In this document: positions 1 to 12,552 of the stretch, piece by piece
Layout of the letters: each line of letters starts with the position of its first letter
Numbering within the stretch: position 1 is the stretch's first letter
Source: Fimicolochytrium jonesii
Lineage: Eukaryota
Direction of reading: 5' to 3'
Length of the DNA: 64,000 bases
Assembly: GCF_025526975.1 (NCBI RefSeq)
Contig: NW_026515700.1
Location: 62,001-126,000, forward strand
Made by a program: the position numbers and the translations under genes
Notes under the pieces: generated by a model
What the model saw: the letters and a program-made list of their open reading frames with translations, nothing else
What the model was told of the DNA's origin: nothing
Database searches by the model: none

Positions 1-161
1 CACACCCAGTTCACACCACCCGCTACGTATTCATCGCCCAAACAATACCGCTCTGCACATCCGCACATCCGCACTCTCAGTCGCCCCAGTGTCCAAGACC
101 GATAGCATACACATTTCAACGCAAACCCGGCACGTTTTTTCCCCGGAATCCTTCGTCAACT

Positions 162-718
162 ATGATCTTTCGACCAACAGCAGTCCTTTTCGACGCTCTC
201 GTCAAACCACCACGGCAGTCCTTTATTGGGGAGGTCATTGGCACAAAAATGCAAAAGACGATCAAGGTCAGAGTAGCCAAGACGAGGATACATCCTGTGG
301 TGCAGAAGGTAAGAGTTGGCCGAGGCAGAAAATCAACTTCGGTGCGAATTTGTATGAATCCCCAAAGTTGCGCCACTGGCGGAGGCAAGCCTTGTCAATA
401 TTGTTGTCTTTGGCGCAATACCAGGAGCTGATAAACGTTCACCCTCTCTTTGTTCCCCTTCCCACACTCCAGCCTGTCGTAATTCACAAAAACTTCCTAG
501 CGCACGACGAAGAATCCACATGTGTCGTTGGCGACGTTGTCCGGATAGATTCGTGCAATAAGCTCAGCAGACGCAAGTTCTTCACCCTGGGCGAGATTGT
601 GAAGCCCGCCGCTAGATATGTTGATGAGGAAGGTGTACTGCACACGCAGAAGGCGGCCGGATTTGAGCCAGATCGGTATGAGAAGGCAAAGGAGAGCAAG
701 GGATTGAAAGATATGTAG
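162..718 (+). CDS. MRPS17: Mitochondrial ribosomal protein uS17m (2 exons)
   Basis: Exon 1 MIFRP...GEVIGTKMQKTIKVRVAKTRIHPVVQK, GT-AG intron 309-472, exon 2 PVVIHKNFLAHDEESTCVVGDVVRIDSCNKLSRRKFF. This is the S17 OB-fold pattern. Confidence 0.9.
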
Positions 719-1610
719 ATGATAAGCGAAGGCAACAGATGGAGGGGGGTTGGAACGGGCGGAGGGAGATCCGAGACTCGACGTTCATATGACATTTTCA
801 TGGGTGGATTGAAGCTGAGATGTGGATCGATTGGTCTTGCGCAGGGAGGCGATATGGGATGAGCGAACAACTCGCTTCAACACCTGCCTTTTGTATATCG
901 CGGATGTTGGAACTATTTAGTGCGATAAGTTAATCATAGAGACAGATGTTGAAGCGACGCAGCTTCGAATGAACGATGATGGAGGTCTGCAGTAGGGCCG
1001 TATGATGAATCCGAGCACATTTTTGCTACAGGAAAAATTCATCGATTATGAACAGTGGTCGATGTGGACAGCATCACATCAGCAACGAGTGACTTTCCAA
1101 CCCATTTACGGAAGGTCTTCAAAAGGAACAGCATTCGTTGATACATGCGATACATGAACATCCCATGACTCCGCAGATATGGAATAGGGGGATGGGCACT
1201 GCTTGTGTAGGTGGCACTCATCCATAGACTTCTTGTCTGCCAGTTCTGGGATCCCTCCCGGTTTATGCTTGGTTGAATCCCAGACAGGCAAACGCGTCAA
1301 GGCTCGTCTCTCGTCAAGGGGGAAGCACTCAAGTCGAAATTCCCAAGTCTGACGAGTCTAACCCTCAACTTCAACAAAACTCCCACAACGCAACTCGGTG
1401 GGAACAGCATCTGCCTCACATATATACACATACCGAGTCGCTTAGAGGCCCGAACTGCACTCGTCAAGGTTCAGTTCCGTAACGACTTCTCGAAGACTCA
1501 TATCGCTGATCGAGAACCTTCAGAAGCGTCAAGTGACGGAAGGACGACAGAAGATCAGACATCGTTCTGCAGCCCATCTCGCGTCTTTTATAGCAGAGCT
1601 TTGTATTGCA

Positions 1611-3942
1611 ATGGTGGAAACACGCGCTTCCAAGGCAAAGAAGGCTGAGGAGCAGCAGAAGGGTGCTGCTCCCGAGAAGTCGGGCGACGTGGTGCCGATG
1701 GAGACGGAGAAAAGCGAAGAAGAGAAGAAGGCTGAGAGTAATGCCCTGGTTCTAGCAGGTGAGGAAGTCGACCCCGAGCGAGTTGACGACATAGCCGAAG
1801 TGGCATACACTGCTGGGGTGATGCGGCTTTCGACTGGAACTAGCGAAGCTGAATGGGCTCGACTGCAGACATCAAGCAGAATCTGGCTTTGCTCGATCGT
1901 GCCGTAGCCACCCTTGAAAGTCGGTTCACAACCCGCGCATTGCGAGCCACCGCGTCAATCAGGAAGCGATTGAATCAGGACCTACTGGCTCAAGCTATTG
2001 AAACTCATGTTCCACAAGAAAAGAAGGGTGGGCTCCTTAAGTGGGTCGGGAAGGTACGTTTGGCCTACGATTTCAGCTACCCGTCGGGTTCAGCGGATTT
2101 ATTGTTCTCACTTTGCAGAGTTCCGATGCTATGGACGTGGATCAACCTGCGACTGATGGCAAAGAGAGCAAGACTTTCCTTCCCGAACATGAGATTTACC
2201 TGAACTACCTAGTTTTGCTCTGGTTGCATGACCAGCACCAAAACGAGAAGGTTAGATTCCCTTCTCCTTAATGGGACCGCTTACATGCCGGAGCTCACCG
2301 ATTCAACGTAGGGGATGCAATTGGTGAGCACCCTCGTAGAGCACGCTCAAGCGCTGAACCGTCGCACTCTGGACCAGCTTTCCGGACGTCTGTACTTCTA
2401 TCTGGCAAGGTTCCATGAGCTTTCGAACACAATGGCCAGCGCTCGCCCGTAAGTTGTACGAATAATAGTTGGGTGATGGGTCACTGCTGACGAACATCAT
2501 CCTGTAGGGTTCTCTTGGCTGTGCAGCGTACCGCCACCCTCAGGCATGACGACGACACGCAGGTACGTCGCATTAGACGCAGAGTCTCCTGACACGCACA
2601 TAACTGATGACGATGGTATCTAGGCGACCATTTTGAACTTGTTGCTTCGAAACTACTTGCATTTCAACCTATACGACCAAGCAGACAAGCTTGTCTCGAA
2701 GACGGTCTTCCCGGAGGGTGCTTCCAACAACCAAATCGCCCGCTACATGTACTACCTCGGTAGGGTCCCACCTTCTGACGCGCGAGAGTCACGTCGCAAC
2801 TCTTGACGTTCTTCCATTCAGGTCGCATTAAGGCAATTCAGCTGGACTATACCGCATCGCACCGGCATTTGCTGCAGGCAATCCGAAAGGGTCCCACGAG
2901 CCCGGCGAGCGCGGGTTTCCAGCAAGCTGTAAGTCTAACGTTGTGAGCACCATTATCCGACCGTCGCTTTCCTTACGCCCTCTACTCTAGGTCAATAAAC
3001 TTGCGATCATCGTGCAACTTTTGATGGGGGAGATCCCTGATCGGGCGATCTTCCGTCAGCCCATGTTACGGAAGTCGTTGGTTCCGTACTTGCAGATTAC
3101 GCAAGGTATGCATTGCTGATTGCGAGGCGGGTGTCTTCTCGAAAATGTTGCGGCCACTAAACAACGCCTTCTACCGTCAGCTGTGCGAATTGGAGACCTT
3201 GCCAAGTTCCAAGAAACCCTCGGACAGCACAATGCCACCTTCAGGACTGACAAGACCCTCACTTTGATCCTTCGGTATGTTGTAGACGTAATGTTTTTGC
3301 CTAGCCCACCGTTCTCACATTGCCCTTCAGTCTTCGCCATAACGTCATCAAAACCGGTGTCAGGATGATCAGCCTGTCCTACTCCCGCATTTCTTTGAGG
3401 GATATCTGCTTGAAGCTGCAGCTGGACAGTGAGGAGGATGCGGAATACATCGTCGCGAAGGTTTGTAAAAGTCTCTTTCCAGCAATGCGCTACTTTAGCT
3501 TACCATTGGGCGGTCTCAGGCAATAAGAGACGGCGTCATCGACGCTTCCATCAACCACGAAGAAGGCTACGTCAAATCTAAGGTATTACCAACCCAGCTT
3601 GCATACGCGGAGAGGAGCTCCCCAACACTGAAACTTGCAACCATCACAGGAAAACGTTGACATCTACTCAACGAACGAGCCGCAGCACGCCTTCAATCAA
3701 AGAATCACCTTCTGCTTGAACCTGCATAACGAGAGTGTCAAGGTGTGTCCCGCTGCCACTGTGTTTACACGTCGTCATCTAACCCCCTTCTGTGACATCA
3801 GGCACTACGCTTCCCACAAGATGCTCACCGCAAAGAGCTCGCTAACGCCACCGCATTGCGCGAGGAGGAGCGGAAGCTGGCGAAGGAAATCGTGGATGGG
3901 GAGATGGGGGATGATGATGATATGGGTGGAGACGAGTGGTAG
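1611..3942 (+). CDS. RPN3: 26S proteasome lid subunit Rpn3/PSMD3 (multi-exon)
   Basis: Spliced segments [118 protein letters not shown]. Stop TAG at 3940-3942. Confidence 0.95.
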
Positions 3943-4274
3943 AAGTGTGGTTTCATGGGAAAGACACCTAATTGGAACGCTTTTCATTGGCTGCTTTTGC
4001 AACGTCGTCGTCGCGCCTATATACCTTGTGGAAATGAATGCAAGATGAAAGGTTCCTTCATGTGAAATTTGAGCTTGTGTCTCCCAGCAGCCTCGAGCCT
4101 AGCAGATCCTTGTGCAATCTGGCATCAAGCGCGGCACATCACCCATGGCCAACCGGAGATTGCTCAATGTTTTGTCCACGGAAGTCTCTATCCCCAGACC
4201 CCATTCCAAAAAGGAGTATATTTTACACGTTCTCGCTGTCATGCAGTCAGGTATATGTACATTTGTTTCAAGTC

Positions 4275-7160
4275 TCACTGCAGTTCCCCACTGAACTCGT
4301 CGCTCCGTCGTCGAAGCTCGGAGCGTATACTGTCGACCTCCGCGCGCAAAAGGTTTCGCTCGTGGGGACTCGTCTGCAAGTCCTGTAACGATCGTTCGAC
4401 ATCTGCAAGGATTTGAGTCTCCAGGATCTTTTCTACCGTTACGTTGTCGCCGCTGGACGAAGGATGTGAGCATCTATGGATTTTGCCATTCAAGAGAAAA
4501 CAGACTTACAAAAATCTCCGCAGCTTCTTCAGCTTTTCCTGTCCCTGTCGTTTCCTCGGATCCTTGGACCCATCTGGTGTCGTATCAGACGACCCCGTGA
4601 ACGAAAGCTCCCCCGGCGGCGCATCAGCCCCTCCCTGCGTGATCTCCGATAACGTATCCAACAACTCGAGGGCATTTGCATTTCTCACCAAAAATGATAA
4701 CCCAACCAACCCACGATGCAATGTAGCGACTTCGGTCTTTTGCTCAGCGGGTAACGACCGCATCAGCGCTTCCACCGGCGGCAATTGCCCGAGAACCCGT
4801 TCCAGCTTCGACGCCTTCCATTGAAACTGCCGCTTTTCTTCCGATGTCAGCGGACGATTAGGCCCAGGCCCTGCCAGCGACGGTGCCCCACTGGCCTGAT
4901 TCTGCGCTTCTTCCAGATCGCTGACTCCGATGCGTTCGCCCATCAACTGCGAGATCTTGTCCAATCTCTTCTTGTGCATAAATTTCGAGTCGGAATCCTG
5001 CGCATCGGCGGGTTGTTGCCAATACGGATCGCCCAAGGAAAATGAGGACGTTGTGATGGGTGGCAGTTGCGGGATCTCCTGTTGGCTGTTGAAAGACTGC
5101 AACTTGGCAGCATGCGTGACCCGCTGCGAAATCGTCTGCTCGTTCATAGCTTCTCCCAGCATCCTCGAGATCTTTTTCGTCCGCTTTTGCAGGATCCTCC
5201 TCTCTTCCGGGTCGAGTTCGTTCTCGGTGGGTCCGGGCGGAAGTGTCTCATAGCTGCCGCCCTCGCTACTGTCGTCATCGGAACTCGTACCTAGACTCAG
5301 GTCACCCGACCCAAACGCTTTCCCGCTGACCATCAACCTCTGATTCCGTTTCTGCCGGTCAGGCAACCGATTCCCAAAGAACTCCTCCAATTTCTCCTTC
5401 TTCCGTCTCCGTATCATCTGCCGCTGGAAATCCACATAAGTAATCTCCTCCTCGTTCGGGCTCTGCGCCGCGCCAAACAAATCATGCGGCGACTCGTTCG
5501 GAAACCCTTTCATGGCCTCGCGCAGGTAATTCGCGGACGCCAGCGCGATCTGCTGCTGGACGAGATCAACCGACGGACGTTCCCCGAAAAACTTTGCGAG
5601 TTTCTTCTCTTTGTGCATGCGCGCCTGCTTGCTGCTCCAGCGGTTGCGGTTCCCTTCACTGAAATAGCCCTCTATCGACCGGTCGAAATATGGGAGGTAG
5701 CGCGCGATGACACGGTCGAGCATGTTTTCCCGGAACCCGATGTTGGTGTTTTGGGAAGTGGACGACAATTTCCGGTCGTTTTCGGTAGGTGTCACCATGC
5801 GCTCGAGGAGGGGGAGCATTGCTTGCGCTTCGATCGGGCTGGTTGCGAAGTGCCGTATGAAGGGCTCGGTGAGGCGGCCTTTTTGGTAGGCAGCGTTGTC
5901 TGAGAAAGACCGACTCATCAGCAATCCGTTCGAGAATGATATGTGATGGTGTGGCTCCGTCCCTACCTGCTTTCTTCGCCTGAAGGCATTCGCTGTGTAA
6001 TTTACTACCCTCAAACTTCACGAAAGAATGATTCTTGATCATCGCGTACGCCTGCTCCTGCGCCTCATCAAACGTCGTAGAATCCAGCTTTCCCGATTTG
6101 ATCAACTGCTCCAACTCCCGGCACAGATCCGGCGTCAAGTTAACCTGCAGCGGCGACGTCCGTTCCACATAATTGAGATACATATACTTCGCGAACCCTC
6201 GTCGCTGCGCCTCCCCGCACGCCTGGTACACCTCCGCGTCGATCCAGAAAAGCAAAATCTCAAGCGTGTATTCCTCGAAACAGAACTCTGCAAAGTATCG
6301 CAACGCCATTTCGTTGCGCAGGTACGGTTGCAGGCGGTTGTCGAGCGAGGCGCTCGGGTTGCGGCTTAGGGTGTCGTTGGACGGTGCGTCCCGGTCGCGC
6401 GATGAGCTGCTGGTAGCGCGCCGGTAGACGCCAGCGGCGAGGCCTTCGCTATCCTCGCTGTGAGAGTGCGGTTTTGTCAGCGAGGATATCTCCACCATAT
6501 CATTGGTTCCAGTCGAGGGGTCGTCCTCCGGCGGTACAAGACTGCGCTGCAAGCTCGGCCCTAATTTGCCAATGAGATTTTAGAGAAGCTGTTCACCCAA
6601 GGGTGTGAGAAGCAAAACTATGGCGAACCTTCGAAGGCATTGATAACCGATACCCGATCCGTATACCCAAGTACATCCCCAACCAAATCATTGAACCTCA
6701 GCGCCAACCGTCCGGCATTATACATCTGGCCAATCTGCAACGGCACCGCCTCACCTCCCATCTCCAGCGACGTCTGGCCAGCGCCCTTATAAAAGCACTT
6801 ATACGCATATTCCGCTTCAATCAATCTCGCAAGCCCCTCCACCTTCTCTGTGCGGCTAATCGTGACATCGAAAACGATATCCGTGCCGATGATCGAGACG
6901 GACAGCTTACAGAACTGCTGGATGTGCGCCGATATCCGCTTTTGCTGCTTGTCCATCACCCGCGCCATGCGCATCCGCCGTTCCATCGAGTCGCTGTTGG
7001 TTGTCTTGGACGAGGCTGCAACTTCCTCTGCCCGTCCTTCCGCCGGTTTGCGTGGCGCGTCGGCTTTTTCGAAGAGGCGCTCGGCGATGAGTGCAGATTC
7101 ATCTTCCTGCTTGTCGTGGGCGAAACTTGAGGACGAGCGTGGTGTGCTGGCGAGCGACAT
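4275..7160 (-). CDS. RGS-domain protein with N-terminal ubiquitin-like segment and six C-terminal K[LI]xx[FLM]xG repeats (4 exons)
   Basis: RGS motif LRYFAEFCFEEYTLEILLFWIDAEVY...YLNYVERTSPLQVNL...FDEAQEQAYAMIKNHSFVKF. ORFs 6618-7160, 5656-6552, 4506-6014 and 4275-4493 join through GT-AG introns. Confidence 0.85.
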
Positions 7161-7781
7161 ATTTCTCGTTGGTTAGGCGAATGTCAGAAAGCCAGGCTGG
7201 AAAGGTTGCGTAGTGACCGTGAGCAGGTGGAGGGATGAAGGTTCGGGTGTTACTGTGGGACTTTGGTTGCGCTAACCTCCATAATCGGGCTTCCAAACAG
7301 CAAACCATGGAAGGGGTGCGTGGCTTTTGTTTGTATCATTGCTCCCCGTCGGAGTCAGCTGTGCGCCGCCTTAAGCCACCTGAACACGAACTTGACAGCG
7401 CGTGGTGCCGTCAGTTTGCGCATCTCGACTCTCTAAAATCTGATGTCGGTCTTCCAATGGTTCAGCCCATTCCAAGCCCATCAGTGATCTTGCTATGTAT
7501 TGCTGCCCTGGTGACTATATTCCGCGAACTGAGTTGTCGTTGTCCATCTCATATTTCATCACGAAGAAGTGATATCGAACAAAAAAGTACGCCAAACTAC
7601 GATTGTGTGGACACACCACAAGGATGCGAGGTGGTTGCACTACGCCAGCTACATACACAGATACATACACTTCCCGCGGTAGTCCCATTTCCTCTTGTGC
7701 AGCCCCTTCACAATCCCCACCCCAAAAAGATAGAACTCGGAAACCCACGCAGACAAACACGAGCCGTTCATCTCACCATGC

Positions 7782-9803
7782 TCACGGCTTCGATTGCCGC
7801 AGTCCCAATTGCTGTATGCTGTTTTGCATGTACGGAGGCAAAGGCGCCGTCACTTTTAAGTCCGCATGTGGTCCATACCAGTCCTGTAATCATAATCAAG
7901 ACGTTGAGTACTCGACACGACGATGAGACCCGTCAAAAGGGCACCTGTTGAAAGAACCGAGCACTTGCCTTCAACACTATGGTATGCATGTGTAAATGCA
8001 GCGGGACATGCTTGCGTTGAACCCAATCGCCCTGTGGGACGAATGCGCCTGTCAGCTCACAAGACAGGCGGGATGTTCCAGAACATCATAGATCGTGTGA
8101 GTCCAGTTTCTACCTGTAACCGGTGTATAGCACCTTTGCCATACTTCGGGTCCCCGAGAACGGGCGCTGAGGAGAACGCAGATGAGCCACCAACCACGCA
8201 GGGCCCATTAGCGGTGGCCGCGAGAGAGCTTACCATTAAGATGCTCAGCACAGTGCACACGCAGTTGATGTTTCCGTCCCGTGAGAGGCCTGAGCTCAAG
8301 GAGCGATGCCTACATAATTATGCATGAGACTAATGATCTTCTTAGACTAAAGTGGAATGGATGGCTGGACCTACTTTCTTCCCCGAAACAAGCACTCTGT
8401 AGTCGGTGACGGCCTTCTTGATCTCAGGGTCATCTTGCTCTTCGTCTTGCTTGTCTATAAGATTCAAATGTATAAGATTCAACGTTTTGTGCTTCCTTCC
8501 CGATGAACACGACCAAACGTACACCACTCCACGATAGTCATCCTCTCCTGCCCGTTCTTCCCTACACTCGCAATACCCGTGGTGATTCGGCCCTCCTCTG
8601 GTATCGGCGACTTCCCGCTGTCCCACCCAGCCTGTCGCACATCCCCATATTCATCCTTTGGGACAGGAAGGACCACTACGGCTTGATAGAACTTGGTCAC
8701 ACTCTCATGACGGTCTCTGAACAACTTGCTTATCCTCGCGGCGCACTCCCGTGTTCGGGCAAGGAGGAGGACGCCGGTGGTATCCCTGTCGAGACGGTGG
8801 ACCAAGCGAGGTGGTTCAGCGGCGTCAAATTGGAGGCCTGTGGAACGCAGTGGTGAGCCACATGAAAACGGCACAATCTCTCGCGGCGAGCTGCGGAACG
8901 TACCGCCCAGAAGCTTCTCTATATGCATTGAGGTTTTCGATCCGCCTTGTACGGCCAGGCCAGCTGGCTTGTTGATCAGCAGGACATCGTTGTCTCTGTA
9001 AAGCACGCTGCGTGGGCATCAGGATCCAAAGCACTCGTCCCGATGCCGTCACAGGATGCTAGAGTACTCACCATGCTCTCAGTTTCTGAATCTCGGCCTG
9101 ACGGTAAAACCAATCTTCATTCAGCCACGCCTACACCAGCTGATACACCCACATGCTCGCCCACCTCTATCGCATCCTCAACGCTCTGCTTTTCCTCCGC
9201 GGTCATATCCTCGGGTGCTTTCTTTTTTCTGCCCATAACAACAACCACTACATCCCCTGCATGCACGATCCCCTGAGGTTTGATATCGACGAACCGTGCA
9301 TGCGTGCTGCCCTGTACCGATACCTCCCCGTTCAAAATCTTCAGCCGAGCGACGTTCCTCCGAATTCCCAGCCGGTTCTCCAAGAACGCGTCCAGTCGTG
9401 TGAGATGCTCTTCAAAGGACACCGGTAGATATTTTGAATTTAGCGTGGGTTCCGCAAGGTCGGAGGGAGTGGTGCTGGTGCTGCTAGAGGTTGGTTGGGC
9501 TTTGGAATTTGAACGACCTTTCGTCCCACCACTGCTGCCGATTCCCACTGCTTTCGTGAGCCGCAATGCGGTCGACTTTGACATGGAAGTTGGTTTTTTG
9601 AGTTCCGGCCGCAGTTGCCGTGATGTATCCACCGATACCTGCCTACGAGCCCCAGGAGAGGAGGAGGTGCTAGGTTTCGCTGCTCGTGTGTACTTTGTTC
9701 GCACACGGAAACCGCAAATGCTCGCCGTGCCGCTGTTGACGGGTAACCGCCCGAAGCAGGCGATGGCCTCGCTGCCGCATAGTGAGAGCCCTTTGACGAA
9801 CAT
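7782..9803 (-). CDS. RluA-family RNA pseudouridine synthase, probably mitochondrial (multi-exon)
   Basis: Motifs LLINKPAGLAVQGG, PRLVHRLDRDTTGVLLLA (catalytic Asp), KKAVTDYRVL, PVLGDPKYG, PLHLH, VTAPLPPYM. Basic N-terminal extension. Confidence 0.9.
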
Positions 9804-10242
9804 GGTGGAGTGAAGATCGTCGAGGCAAAGACCACAGAAATGTAAGGATGGCGTCAATGTCGCAAACGAGGCTTTTTTCGAAGGGCAAACAGGGCAAACC
9901 AGGATGCACGCGCGAAGGCTGCGCATGCGCTTTCTCGGACGCGACATCTCTTGAGGAAGGGAAAACGATCCACACACAAAGGAAGCAGGAAAAGCACATA
10001 TGTTTGGCAAGCACGGATTTCGGTGAGGTTTCTTGTGTTTTCATGCGAAGTCAAGTAATATACAATGTAGGACAATTAAAGTTGAAACCCTCGTCCGAGT
10101 TTCTCCAAAACTGGTTGCGGTTCATGATTATGTTCTACGTAAAGGTATCCCCCATCTACAAATGTACGCTCGTAGTCCACCCCAGGGAGCTTTCATCACG
10201 ATTGTCCCTCCCGTTCCGTCCAAAATTGAGTGTCCTCTATCG

Positions 10243-12552
10243 TCAAAGTGTTGCCACAAGGCTGCTTGCGAAAGCGTTAGCCAGCGCCGCATGTGATGCA
10301 TCCGTATTGTGGTTTGCGAAAACAAGATCATCTGAATGACGGTTGCTGTTGGTCGCATTGTGAAAGTCGTGGGGCACACTGAACAGAAGCTCGTCCGGAT
10401 GGGCATGTGTCGAGTGCTGATCGTCGTGGTGCGTAGTCGATGGATAGACGAGATCGCCTGCGTGGCGGCTTGATATCAGACCCATCCCCATATCCAGCTC
10501 GTATGACATATTATGGTATTTGTTTGTTTGTGGGTCTCCAAACCCCAAGCCCATTTGCAGACCCGCGAAAGCAGCCGCATTAGCGGCAGATTGCTGCGTG
10601 GTGACCCCCGTGACTTCATGTGCCATGGAATGGTGGTCGTGCACAGCGAGGTGACCGTCGGCGCCTGTCATGGCAAACTGGTTGTTTACAAAGTTCTGGA
10701 GGAAGCCGTTGAATTGCTGGTCGGAATCGCTTTCGGAAGACTCGCATACGCCTTCGGGTCCCACGTTCATCAGCCGTGTGAGCTCGTCGACGGGCGATGC
10801 CGATGTTTGTGAACCGAGGAAGGAGGCTGTGGGGATTTCTGGTGTACATGGGGCACTTGGAGCTTCGGTGGCTGGCTCATCGACGAGCAGATCGCGCAAG
10901 ATGTTGTCTTTGGTGTCTTTGCCTTTAAATGGCCAAGAATTCCATCCGGGAATGTTGCCGAAGTCGAGGAATTGAGTGCAAAAGAGGTCGGCATTTGGTC
11001 CCCTATGAGAAAAAGTGCGACGTCAGTTTGTGTGAATGTCACCATCCGTTGGGGTAGTCCCTCGTAACTTACAGGTAGACAAGTACGTGGCTTTCATCCT
11101 GTACACACTTCTCCCGTCCAGTAGGTGTTGAGAAGCAAAGCTTGTTGAAAAAGAAGCAGTGCGGGTACTGCAGCACCTTCTGAAACCACGCGGTCCCAAA
11201 ATCCACCTTCAGCAGCACCATCGCCGACGAAATCTCTCCCAAGCGATACTTCTGCTCCGCCGCGCAGAACCAGCGACTTTGCTGACTGGTCCCGTCGGTG
11301 TCGTGCCCGACGGGCGGCGACAACCAGACATCGCCGGTCCATGGTTGGAGGAGGCCGTCGGCGTTTTCGTCAAAGAACTGCCGAGCGATCTTGTGCTCGT
11401 GGATCTTGTCATTGGCGAACTCGCAGGACGCGGGGTCCAGGTCGAAGACCACCTTGTTGATCACTTGCTTGGCTGCCGTTATAATGTCTTTTGGGGTGTA
11501 CAGTTCATTGTTGAGGTCCGAGAACGAGATTCCGGTTTCTGAGAGCAATCGAATGAGAATCGCTCATGGCGTTGATACGTAGATAAGACCCTCGATGACC
11601 GGATTTCCTGAGACGTACCATATTTGACAGTCATGGCAACAACGTGCTCCTCGGTAATAGTATGCCCCGATTCGCACACCCGTTTCCAGATGAACCGCCT
11701 CACATCGGCCGGGAACTTGTGCAAAGACCGAATGTGGGAGATGTTCACCGGCACGGGCAGGTTCGGATCCTCGACCAACGATTCGTAGACACTCCTGTGA
11801 ATTGGAAGCAGACGGAAGATGAGCACTATGACTCGCCGTCTGAGTGTTGGACAGGTGAAGGTGAACATACGCAGAGCACAGATAGGTGTTGGTGGTGCGA
11901 CGGCTGAATGAGAAGTTTTCTTTTGCGTATGTGTAAATGGTTTTGAAAACGGGCCCTGAACACAAACAATGCATCGAAATGAGTCCACGTATGCCGATGG
12001 AGACATAACTACGAGCCATGAACTCACCATAAAGCTTCTCCTCATCAATCTGTCTCAACGCAGCAGCTACGACAAAAAAGTCTACATTTAACAAACCGTA
12101 ACCGACGATGAGAAAGAAATGGGGCGACGACGAAGAGACTCACCAACTAAGAAGAACTTGCCAGTTCCCAGATGCTCCCTGATAACCGCCTCCAAGTTCT
12201 TCAACCGCTTCGCCGCAATCTCCGTCTCGCCCTCCGTAGCCTGTGCCGGCTTCCGATGACTGACGGGCTGACGTGGGCGGCGGGCCTTGCGCTGCAGGCT
12301 TGTTAGCGGCTGCGTGCCTGGAGCAGCGACGTTGACGTTGGGGGAAGCAGCGACGGTAGCGGTCGCGGTCTGACGAGGCCGCTTGTAGGGGTGATGAAAC
12401 TGGCGTCTGTGCTCGCCCTCGGCCGCGGGCGCCGCTGAACGAGACGGAGCGATGGGTGAAGGCTGCAGAGGCTGGAGTGGGAAGTCGTCCGTGGTGTAGG
12501 TGAAAGCATCCTCCGTGTCGAAACCGGCGAGTTGAACTGGCCCGGAAATCAT
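10243..12552 (-). CDS. ParB-like HTH domain fused to phage Dam-like DNA N6-adenine methyltransferase domain (6 exons)
   Basis: Spliced protein: LKNLEAVIREHL...AALRQIDEEKLYG...YTYAKENFSFSRRTTNTYLCSA...PVNISHIRSL (HTH), then ELYTPKDII...FDLDPASCEFAN...DGLLQPWTGDVWLSPPVG...SAMVLLKVDFGTAWFQ...HVLVYLGPNADLFCTQF (Dam fold). Confidence 0.85.

Noticed and set aside
1210..1216. GGTGGCA as an Rpn4/PACE site upstream of RPN3
   Set aside because: Partial single match about 400 bp upstream, expected by chance.
1233..1291. Hairpin TTGTCTG/TCTGGGAT...ATCCCAGA/CAGGCAA as an ncRNA
   Set aside because: Isolated imperfect stem with no H/ACA or other family features.
7884..7968. GC-AG intron in the pseudouridine synthase gene
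   Set aside because: An in-frame canonical GT donor at ~7944 is also available, so it cannot be decided without reads.
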